Of a stretch of DNA of 64,000 bases, positions 11,423 to 21,200 are shown one piece after another. The stretch comes from Felis catus. Taxonomy: Eukaryota. The position numbers and the translations under genes are program-made. A model generated the notes under the pieces. It was not told the DNA's origin. It worked only from the letters and a program-made list of their open reading frames with translations, and searched no databases. Each line of letters starts with the position of its first letter. Positions within the stretch are counted from its first letter, which is position 1. The stretch covers positions 1,304,001 to 1,368,000 of the forward strand of contig NC_058369.1 of the NCBI RefSeq assembly GCF_018350175.1, read 5' to 3'.

Positions 11423-13093
11423 AACAAACACTAAAAAAAAAATTAAAAATAATAAAAAGGGTAGGTGGGGGCGGGGGACAAGTGCCATCAGTGCCCTCGT
11501 CCCCACACAGGCCGCATCGACTGTCAGCGTCACTGTGGTGAGTGAGCCCCTGCCCGGTCCGTGGGGCACAGCGGTGGCGGCAGCCCTGGAGGCCGAGGCG
11601 GGGGAGCCTGCGGCCGCCTCTCCTGTGTTACAGGCATCTTCCAGTACGCGACGATCTCCTGTACCAACTGCACAGACTCGCACGTCGTCTGCTTTGGCTA
11701 CAACTGCGAGTAGGGCTCAGGCTCGGGTGGTGACCAGAAAGGGCCCTGTGCCCGTGGGTCTGAGGCTGTCCTGGGACCCTCCCTGTTCCTCCCTGGCCTG
11801 TCTCCACCGGGGTCGGGTGGGGTGGTAGCCCCTCGGCAGGCCCTGAGTTCTGGATTTGGGGCGCCCCGTCTGCACGCCCCGTGTGCCCACAGGTCATCGG
11901 CACAGTGGGAAACAGCTGTGCAGGGCCTCCTCCGGTACATGTGAGTTGGGGCCCCTGGGCTCAGGGAGGGGACCTTCCCCTCCACGCCTGACGTTCTGAT
12001 TCCAATCCTGCTGTCGTTGTAGAAATAAGTGGCACAAGTAAGTCCCCTGTCCCCAAACCCAGCATGACTTGTATCAGAGGCGGTGTGCTTATGTGCCCTT
12101 GCGGGTGAGTGTGTGGAGGGCGGCCACGGGAGGCGGCACCTGCTCCAGTGCTCAGGACCCCAGCCCGCCCTTCCCCTGCACTCAGCTGGCACCAGGGGGC
12201 GCAACACCCAAGTTAAAGGTTTCCATAGAGTCTGGTCCTACCCCTGCCCTAAGCAGCTGGCAGGGCTGTGGTCAGAGCTGGGGGGAGGGGAGGGGGCGGC
12301 CCATGATGGATGTGCCCCAGTGGAGGGACTTGGGGGCCACAGGCACAGCACAGCCCTAAAGCTTGGGTCTAACTGGGACCCTGTCATGTCTTTCAGACAG
12401 GACGACCACACAAGGTAAGGCCCCCGCCCCGTCTGTTCTCTCCAAAACCCTGGCCTGGCCTTCTGGAGGGGAGCACGAGGGAGTCAGAAAAGGGGTGGCA
12501 CGGGGGCCTCTAAGTCAGGGGTGGACGGGGAGGGGCTGGCTAGGGAGACACAGCCAGCAAGGCTCTCTCTGCACCTGGGACAAGCTGGACGTCACCCCCG
12601 CAACCACACCCAAGTGATCACTTCGAATAAACATCGGATCTTCCTCCCCTCTCCTGGATGCACAGAACCACTCCAGCTTTGTGAGTGGCGCAAAGGAGGG
12701 AGGCTCTGAGGACCTGGGTGGACTCTGCAGGCAGGGTCGAGCCTAAGCCAGAGATCAAAACCCAATGGCCAGCTTGCCGCAGCCTCCCACCCCCTTTTTG
12801 CAGCCCCTTGCGAGAGAGTTGGGCTCGACCCCGATGCTGTTTAGGGGATGGGTACAGGCCACGAGACCTCCAAGTTGAGATTTGAGGGTTGTCTGCAGCC
12901 CTGTCACATGCCCCAGGCCCGTAGCAAAGACCTTGGTTTGGGGGAGGGGGGGGAGGTGGAGCAGGGAGGGAAGAGCTGAGGGCACCCATGTCTCCCCAAC
13001 AGTCTGATGTCACCAAGCTTCGCATGTCTTGAGCCCCCACACCTGGCCAACTTGACTCTGGAAAATGCTTCCGAGTGCCTGACACAGCACTGA
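10314..13093 (+). CDS. IZUMO4: IZUMO family member 4, complete spliced CDS (10 coding exons, 657 nt, 218 aa)
   Basis: Exons 10314-10527, 10638-10718, 10812-10883, 11511-11537, 11634-11709, 11893-11940, 12023-12037, 12397-12414, 12666-12680, 13003-13093, all GT-AG and phase-consistent. Signal peptide MALLLCLGLTAALARG, Izumo domain CLHC...CQRHC...CTNC, C-terminus CLEPPHLANLTLENASECLTQH*. Confidence 0.93.
10638..10718 (+). CDS. IZUMO4: IZUMO4 exon 2
   Basis: ctccag|...REKLNQVANAVYQKMDQLYQGKMYFP G|gtaagg. Confidence 0.95.
10812..10883 (+). CDS. IZUMO4: IZUMO4 exon 3
   Basis: cacag|...YFPNELRAIFREQVHLIQNAIIE A|gtgagc. Confidence 0.95.
11215..11458 (+). mobile_element. SINEC_Fc-type Can-SINE in IZUMO4 intron 3
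   Basis: tRNA-derived head ggctcagtcggttag..gttcgagccc, (CT)n, A-rich tail. Confidence 0.92.
11511..11537 (+). CDS. IZUMO4: IZUMO4 exon 4 (27 nt)
   Basis: cacag|...RIDCQRHC G|gtgagt. Confidence 0.92.
11634..11709 (+). CDS. IZUMO4: IZUMO4 exon 5
   Basis: ttacag|...IFQYATISCTNCTDSHVVCFGYNC GA|gtaggg. Confidence 0.92.
11893..11940 (+). CDS. IZUMO4: IZUMO4 exon 6
   Basis: cacag|...SSAQWETAVQGLLRY AT|gtgagt. Confidence 0.92.
12023..12037 (+). CDS. IZUMO4: IZUMO4 exon 7 (15-nt microexon)
   Basis: ttgtag|A AAT AAG TGG CAC AA|gtaagt (INKWHK). Confidence 0.85.
12397..12414 (+). CDS. IZUMO4: IZUMO4 exon 8 (18-nt microexon)
   Basis: tttcag|A CAG GAC GAC CAC ACA AG|gtaagg. Confidence 0.82.
12666..12680 (+). 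CDS. IZUMO4: IZUMO4 exon 9 (15-nt microexon, probably alternative)
   Basis: cacag|A ACC ACT CCA GCT TT|gtgagt (RTTPAF), resembling human RATPAF. Confidence 0.72.
13003..13093 (+). CDS. IZUMO4: IZUMO4 last coding exon
   Basis: caacag|...LMSPSFACLEPPHLANLTLENASECLTQH TGA. Confidence 0.93.
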
Positions 13094-13305
13094 CGGCCAC
13101 CGGCCATCGCCAGACTGGCCCTAGCCTCGAGGTGGACCCAGGACTCAGCTGGACTGCCCCAGCCTGACCCCACGGAGCAGGCTCACTGCCGCCTTGAGTC
13201 CCTGCACTGCCATCAGAGGCCGGGACCGGGGCCGGGAAGGGCGCGTGGCTTTGTATATACAGTGCATCACCGCCGGGCGGAGCCGCAGGGCTATTAGAGG
13301 CAATG

Positions 13306-13311
13306 ATTAAA
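13306..13311 (+). terminator. IZUMO4: IZUMO4 polyadenylation signal ATTAAA
   Basis: First AWTAAA ~210 nt after the stop; a TGTA lies upstream (~13252) and a GU-rich tract downstream. Confidence 0.7.
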
Positions 13312-14311
13312 CGTCCCTGTTTCTCATCACAGAGTATCCGTGTTGGGGCAACCAGGGCTGGGTCCCCAGGAAAGGCACATCCTGGTCACGGGCACTGGGC
13401 AGGGCTGACGGCCCCGGGATTTCCGTAGCAATTGTACCGCAACCCGTCTCAACACGGCCGGGCAGCCTTGACAGACCCAAGCCTTTGGCGCGACTCGCCA
13501 CGCCGGGCTAAACCTCAGCCGAAGGAGCACAGGAAGCGTCCCTAGCACGTCGTTTCCTGTCGCAAACACTCATGTGCGTCACGAGACCCACGGTAAATGG
13601 CTTGATGGGCCTGGCAGACGAGAAGTGGGAGACTAGTCCTGCCAGGAGCAGGTACACGGAGGTCAGAAGAGTCCGCAGGGCCGGGTGGGTGTGGAACACC
13701 ACTCCGGCAGGCCGGTGGTCTTACCGGCCAACAATGGCCTCAAGGCGTCAGTGTGGCCCGTGCTGCCCCAGTGCTGGTGAGGGAGCGGAGGGACCCGCGA
13801 GGGGTCTGGCTCGGGCGGGTGATTATCAGGAAGAGAAGCTGGTGGAAGGCGGGGGCTGCCCGGGACCGGGTCCACGTAGGGGTCGGACGGCTTTCCGTCT
13901 GCTGACCCAGCCTTACTGGTCCTGAATCGTCCCTTGGCCACGTGGCGTCAGTAAAGGCAGTGGCAATGTGGCAAATTGAAGCACGGGCAGGGCCTGCCTT
14001 CCAGCACCTGCTTCTGCCGCTAGTGGGGTTCCCTGGGAAGGGAAAGGAGGGTGCGGTCCGCGATGTTGGCGGACCTCCCGTGGGTGGGGTCGTGGCTCCC
14101 TGCTGGGGCTTGGCCCGTGTGTGGGGATGACCTCACCTCCATCACGAAGGGAAGGGCGCACTGGCAGGTGGGGACAGGGATCCCCAGCACGCTGTGTGAC
14201 CTCCCCGAGGGTGCCCCAGGCAGCTCGACGACGGTCCGGAGTCCCTCTTGTTACCGGGTGTGCACACCGGCACAGACAGGAGGTGCAACAGACAAACGTC
14301 TGTGTTACAAG

Positions 14312-14317
14312 TTTATT
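14312..14317 (-). terminator. AP3D1: AP3D1 polyadenylation signal AATAAA
   Basis: tttatt on the plus strand at the end of an AT-richer 3'UTR block ~850 nt past the stop codon. Confidence 0.75.
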
Positions 14318-15164
14318 GGATCATCTCGACACAAAATCATTACAGCAGCGTGATATGTCTCTCTCTCCTTTATCTGGGAATGTCGATAGCAAATCAATTC
14401 TTCTCGAACACATCATACAGTTCTGAGGTTCTGGAATCACTGCACAGGATTCTGTAATAGATTACCCTACATGCTAAAGTGACAGTGTTCGTCAAAAGGA
14501 AGTTACGTCATTGAGGACCATCATCTCTGACGGGGTGGTCCGGGGTCCCCTTGCCCCGCCCCGCCCCGTGAGGTGCATTCCAGGGGCCGGGCCCCCCCCC
14601 CCCCAGGACCGGGCCTTCCCCGCAGCTGCGGGCACGGTGTGGGACAAAGCCTGGGGAGCGTTCGGCGACAGGAGGGACCTGGAATCCCAAACGGTCCCCA
14701 CCACTCGCCAAACACCACCGACCGAGACACATTTCACTGGACAGGAAAGAAATGTAAACCAACAAGGTCCAGGCCCCACTCCGTCGGGGATCCCGACTAG
14801 ACCCCACCCCGGGTGGCAGCCGTTGCAACGCATGAACACGTGGGTGGGACGCAGGGAACACGGCAGCAGCCTGCACGGCCCCGGGGCCACCGGGTGTCCT
14901 GGCCCGCGGCCGCAAGGGAGGAGGGTGAGCAGGCGCCCCCAGGCAGGGAGTGTGGGGGCCGTGGGGCACTCGGGTGGCCTCGCGGGATCAGGGCGCGCCA
15001 CCCCGCACGGTCCACCGGGCGCCGCAGCCGGCTCCTCGGGCAGCCTCGGGGCTCCTCGCTGAAGAGATGGGAAGAGGCAAAGTAGGAACGCCGACAAGAC
15101 GCGTCAGCACAGCGTGTCACCTTGCGACCCGAGCGGGGGCCGGGGTGGGGGCGGGGGGCCGGGC

Positions 15165-15260
15165 TCAGCACTCGGCCAGCGTCGCTTTCATCTCCGCCAG
15201 CAGGTTGCTCAGCAGCGTCGCGTCGCTGCACTTCCCGTCCACCGACACGGACTTCTCCCC
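15165..15260 (-). CDS. AP3D1: AP3D1 exon 32 (coding part, with stop)
   Basis: ttccag|GEKSVSVDGKCSDATLLSNLLAEMKATLAEC TGA. Confidence 0.95.
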   Translation of the reverse strand, partial: GEKSVSVDGKCSDATLLSNLLAEMKATLAEC

Positions 15261-18200
15261 CTGGAAAAGGGAAGTGGCCGTCAGGACTGTGGAGGGTGCG
15301 GAACGCGACGCCCAGAGGCCGCCTCGTGGCCGAATGTGCCATTTGTGTCTGTCACCACCTCCCTCGGTGCTGGTGCTTCGCGAATCCAGACAAGGGAGGT
15401 GCCCCGGAGCCCTCCCCGCCCCCACCGAGGCCGGGACCGGAGAACCCCAATCTGGGCAACGGCTTGCCAAAGTGGGGTACGTGAGCAACGGTCCGCCTTC
15501 TGGCTGGGGGGCCTCGGGGAAAGCGGCCTGTAAATGTGTCCGCGAGCCGCTGTCCCCCTGGTCCCAGGGCCGGTGCCCGCGTGTGGCAGCTCCGACAAGC
15601 GGGACAAAGGTCGCAGAGACAGACGGGCGCTGGGACCAGAGGTCAGGCACCTGCAGCCCATGCCGTGTCCCCCGCGGGACTAACGAGGCCCCGGTTACTC
15701 AGCACCCAGAGACCCGGGAGACCTCTCAGCTCAGCTCTGTGGAAAAGGCAGCCAACGGCCAGGCCGGGACGAGGAGGACGCGGCATCTTCCGACGGGACA
15801 CAGGCTTGTGAGTCCCTGCTGTAAGACCCCCCAACACGCAGTCAGGAGCACTGTTGAAGCCAACAGGAAGACGGAACATCCCAGCCAAGACAGGCAAGAT
15901 CTCGAGAACGCCCGGTGGACGTTCCAGACCTGGAATACACAGTCGTCAAAACGAGACACCCACGGGTGGGCCCACGGGCAGAATGGCTAGCACGGCAGAG
16001 GGCGGGGCCAGGCAGGCCCTGCTGTAAGAAGAACCCGGCGCTAAGGAAGGACTTAAGTAACAGCGGGAAACTTGCAGAATTTTGCAAACACTCAAGAGGC
16101 GTAGCACACTCCTGACAGACCCGGAGAAGTCCACGCCAGACACGCTGTGACCTGCTGGAGGCTGACAACCAAGAAAAACCTGGAGAGGAGACGGCGCCTC
16201 CCTGTGACAAGAATAACGGGGTGCAGCTCTCGTCCAGAAACTGTGACTGTGAAACGAGGCAGTGTGACGATCTTCTGGAAGATTTTACTTTTAAGTCCTC
16301 TCGAGGCACCGGAGTGGCTCAGTCGGTTAAGCGTCCGACTTTGGCTCAGGCCAGGATCTCGTGGTTCACAAGTTCAAGCCCCTGGTCACGCTCTGTGCTG
16401 ACAGCTTGGAGCCTGGAGCCTGGAGCCTGGAGCCTGGAGAGATTCCGTCTCTCTTTGCCTCTCTCTGCCCTTCCCCTGTTCACGCTCTGTCTCTCTCTCT
16501 CAAAAATAAATATTAAAAAAAGTGAGTCCTCTCTATACCCAGCGTGGGGCTTCAACTCTAGAGCCCCGAGATCAAGCCACACCCTCCACTGACTGAGCCC
16601 GCCAAGGCACCCCAGAAGCGGCGTGATTTTAAAACACTGAGACAAAGATCCGCCAAGCTAACGCGCCCAGCAAAACTAGCCCCGGACGAGGCTCCGCGGC
16701 CCCCAGGCCTGTCCCAGAAGCGGCTGGAGGCAGGTGTGGAGCGGGTGGCATGGCGCGTGCAGGAGAGGGAGGGCAGGGGAGAAGCGGAAGACCAGACGGA
16801 GGAGGAGACCCGGGGTCGTCAGTGGGATGACGGCACCCACCCGTGAGAACGCCTTCCAACACAGGAAGGACGCGCTCAAGAAGACACGCGCGTCAGCACC
16901 CATCATGAGAAAGCGAGAGTGGCTTTTTGTCCAACATCAGACCGGAGAACTTCGCAGCAGAGAAAACAACCCGAGATAAAGAAGGAGGTCGACGCGGATA
17001 AACAAACAGGTGCATATGTCAAGACGCCACGACTTTCTCGGTCCACACACCTAACAGCAGACACACAGAGCGAACCCGACAGCTCCGGGGGGACAGACAA
17101 CCTGACTGTCACTAACCTCACACCACCCACTCAGGCAGCCGCCGGGCCGGCAACACAGACTCCAAGGGCCCAGAAGAACCGAGGCCACCACCAGCGGGGC
17201 CCGCTCCACCGGCACAACACTCACTGCCTCCACGCATCCGCGAGTGCCACCCCTGCCACGAATGACCACGTCCAGGGCCAGAACGCAAATGTCAATACTT
17301 TCAAAGGACCGAAATCAGAAGCGGCGTGTCCCCCAACCACGGTGGCAGCATGCTACAAAGCCGAAGCAAAAAGCCATCCAAACACAGGAAACCAAACAAC
17401 ACGCTTCTAAGTGACCCGTGCACTCTACAGGACCTGGGAGCAGGAATCAGAAACCGTTAGAACCGTTTAGACACAAACACGAGACATTTAAACGCCCGTG
17501 GCGTTCAGCTACAGCACGGCTTCGAGGAAAACGAAGCCTTAAACTCTTCGTGAAAGAAGGAAAACCTCAGCTCCTACCTGAACAAACACGCAAAACAGAA
17601 AACAAGCCCAAAGCAGGCAGAAAAAAGGAGGGACAGAACGAAGCTGAACGAAATTTATTTACTGCCTTAAAAAAACAAAGTTCCTAAAAGGGTAGCTTTT
17701 AAATTTACCTTTGAAAAAAATCAAGAAAAACGATAAACCTCCCGCCAGGACGGCCAAGAATAACGAGAAAAGACACAAAGTGTCACCATCCGGAGCGAAG
17801 GAAGGTGCCGCTGGGACCCACTGGGCGCCAAGGAAGAGACCCACGGAAGACAACCCAACCCACGCGGACTCGGCGCCTCCGGCGGAGGGACCATACGCCA
17901 CCGCGGCCGGCCCGAGACGCGGCTCGTGGACCGAGGGCCCACGGCCGCCGAGGAAAGGACCCGACACCGCCCGATGGAAACTTTCACCGAGGCCGTCCCC
18001 AGGCCCAGACGGCTCCCCTGGAGAGCCCGAGGACCGGGTGAGGAGGCGCCCGAGGACCGGGCACCCCTCCCGACTCCGACGGGCGGGCTGCCAGGCCTGA
18101 CGCCAAGACCAGGCCGGGGACGCGGGTGGCCGGCCTCCTCTCGGAGGCAGGCTCACGAGCCCTCAGCGACACAGGCGGGCTGAGCTCAGCGAGACGCCGA

Positions 18201-21200
18201 AACCCAAGAAGCCCCGGGGCCTCGAGAGCACGGGGGGGGGGCGGGCCGGGGCTCACCTTCTTCACCAGGAGGCAGACGTGGTGGCCCTGGATGGAGCGGC
18301 TGTACATGGAGGCGCAGGAGTCCACTCTCTCCACCACTGCAACAGAGGGCGCAGGCTGAGGCCCGGGCCGGCCCGCCCCGCCGGGGGCAGAGGGCCGACC
18401 GTGCACGCGTGAAGCCGCCCCATCTGCCGGCCACGTCGGAGGCCTTACCGGAAAAATGATGATGAAAACAGATCTTTGCTAGAAGGTTCTGGAAGGACAT
18501 ACTAATGCCGTCGACTTTGATTGAGCTCATGCTCAGGTCCCCAGACTCCAGCAACTTGGCAAAGGCGTCACTGTGAGAAGGACACAGGACAGGGAGGCTG
18601 ACGACCGGTGGGCCCCCAGCCCCAGGCGTGATACCTCCCTTCGTGTGCCTGCGGCTCGAGGTCTCTGACGGTCCTGTACGATGTCACGGGCTAACCCGCG
18701 TCCCCCAAATTCCTATGTTGACTCCCGACCCCTGGACCTCAGGATGTGACTGTATTTGGAAACAGGATCCTAAACCAGTAAGACCAACGTCCTTCTAAAA
18801 AGAGGAGATCAGGACGCAGACACGCAGAGGGACGACCGCGTGAGGACAGGCGGAGAAGACGGCATCTGCACGCCAACAAGCGTGGCACGAAAAGCATCTA
18901 GCCCTGCCGACCCTCCATCGCGGCCTCTGGCCTCTGGCACCAGGAGAGAACCCGTCTGCCGCCTGGGCCACGAGGCGTGTATCTGCCACGGGGCCCGGGC
19001 TGGCGGACGCTCGCCGGGGCCAACCTCCTGCGCCAACGGCAGACTGGGCCCTCCTGCCTCAGGCCAAGGGTGTCTGCCGGCTAACTGCGCGATGAGCGGA
19101 AGCAGGAGGGAGGTGGGCACCGCGCACCTGTAGCAGGGCGTCGTGACCAAGTACGAGGTACAGCTGAAGTGCAGCTTGAAGTCCAGCTTCTCGTGGGTCG
19201 ACCCTTCATCGTTCTGTGGGAGTGGGGGCACGGGATGAGGAGGGCCCAGGGGGCCGGGTGCTCTGGGCCCGCGGGGCGGGGACGCGTCCGTGGGCTCTGG
19301 GCCCCGCCTCCAGCCCCGTTACCTTGGCAATGAAGGACAGGGTCCCCTTGAGCTTCTGGGCCATGACGATACTCTGAATGGTGAATACAAACTGGGCCTC
19401 GTTGGAGATGCCTGGAAGAGGACAAGGGGACAAAGAGTGGGTCCCGAGAGCGGCACGGGGCGCTGCCCAGCTGGGGTCCGGCACTGCCCCCGCCTGGGGC
19501 CTGTCCTCAGCGCTGCCCGCCACGGTCGGGAGGCAGGTGACAGGAGGAAAGGGGGCTCCTGGGACCGAGAGGACCTGGGTCGGCGGGAGCCCCGACGCCC
19601 TGCCCGGCGGCCCACGTACCTGGGGGCAATTGGAAAGGCACGGGGACGCCGTCGTGGACGGAGGAGCCCTCTGGCCGGGCCAGCCTGGTGTTGAGCGAGT
19701 CCAGCACGTTGAACTCCATGCCCTTCAGGAAGCTGCTGCTCTGGTTGTCCAGGACGATGGACACAGTGACCTGGCTGTCCTTCTGCAGGCTGCCCTGGAT
19801 GTCGTAGGTCTGCAGGGCAAGGCCGGCCTCAGCCTCCGGGGCCCGCACGAGGGGCCCGGGAGTGCCGGCAACCCCGCCGTGGAAACACACGACGCGTCCG
19901 AGAGGGGAAAGTACTCGAAGCCTCACGCGAGGGAAACCACTCCGGTTCCATCCGTGGTCCCGGCCGCTCCCGCCCTTTCTCTGAGAGCCACCGGCCGTCA
20001 CGTCGGCCCGCGGGGCCCCCACAGCCGGCCGGCCCCGCGGGCCCACGTGGCGGCAAGCACCCACGTGCGCCTCTCTCCCTAGAAAGGCTCGCTCACTGCC
20101 CCCGAGCCCTACCGCGTCCCTCCTCACACCCCGAGAAAGGAGCCCAAGGCCGCCCCAGCCCCCCTGCAACGCCCACAGCACTCACCATCTTGATGTAGGA
20201 GTTCTCGGCCAGGAGGCAGTAGCTGGACATGGGCTGGGAAGAGAGGAAAACGCTCAGCTTCGGCCAGCGAGAACCCGAGGGCGGCGGCGGCGGCTCACGG
20301 GCCGGGCCCGTCGCCAGCTGCCGAGTGCTCCGGTGGGAACGTCGGGACCGACGAGAAGCGGGGTGCGGGGAGCCCCCGGGGGTCCCGGGCGGCGCACGCC
20401 TGCACCTCGGGGACTTCCCGCCACACGAGAGCGCCACCCCCGACGCCCACAGCCCCGGGGTCACCCGCCCGCGCCCACCGAGGCCCCGCCGCCCGCCGGC
20501 CCGCAGACGCGGCTCCTAGACTCGGCCCGGGTCTGTCCCTGCGTCGAGGCCTCGGCGGGCCGCGGGGGCGCCTCCGGCCCGCGGGGGGCGAGTGAAGTAC
20601 CCCTCACCGGGAGAGGCTCGTCAGCGAGCGCGCCGTTCTCCACGGGCTCTGCCGCCTCTTCACCTGGAGGCTGCTTCTTCTTGGGCTTCTTCTTGTCCTT
20701 GGGTCTCTCCTCCTTCTCCTTCTTCTTGGGCTTCTTCTTCTTATGCTTCGAAGCCTTCTGGAGCAGACAGACCAGGCTCAACCCTCGGCGCTCTCTGGCC
20801 GCCGCCGCCCAGCGAGGCACGACACGCACCGAGGCCACTCGGCAGCCCGCACGGCAGAGCGCACAGACCAGCGACCCCCGGGTCCGCGGGGGCAGGCGAG
20901 GACCTAGCGGCTCACCGCCGACGGGTGAAAACGCACGGGGAGACCAGCCAGAACCCACACGTGGACGCGTGGCCCGGCAGCCCCTCAGCGCAGGCACGAG
21001 AACACACGTCCACGCCAAAACCCGCACACACACGCTCGCAGGAACACGACTCACGACAACCAAGAGGTGAGAACTTTAGCGGGTGAACGGACACGCACCT
21101 GTCCACCGCACACGCGCACGTCCCTCGGCCGCAAGCAGACACGAGGCGTCCGCACCCACTGCCCGAGGACGGACCCCGAACACACGACGCTCAGGGAGGG

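Noticed and set aside
12391..12400. Tandem acceptor cagacag at IZUMO4 exon 8
   Set aside because: The second AG is 4 nt downstream and would frameshift; no support for use.
14950..15990. 346-aa plus-strand ORF
   Set aside because: Antisense to the AP3D1 last exon and runs into L1 remnant; low-complexity, GC-driven.
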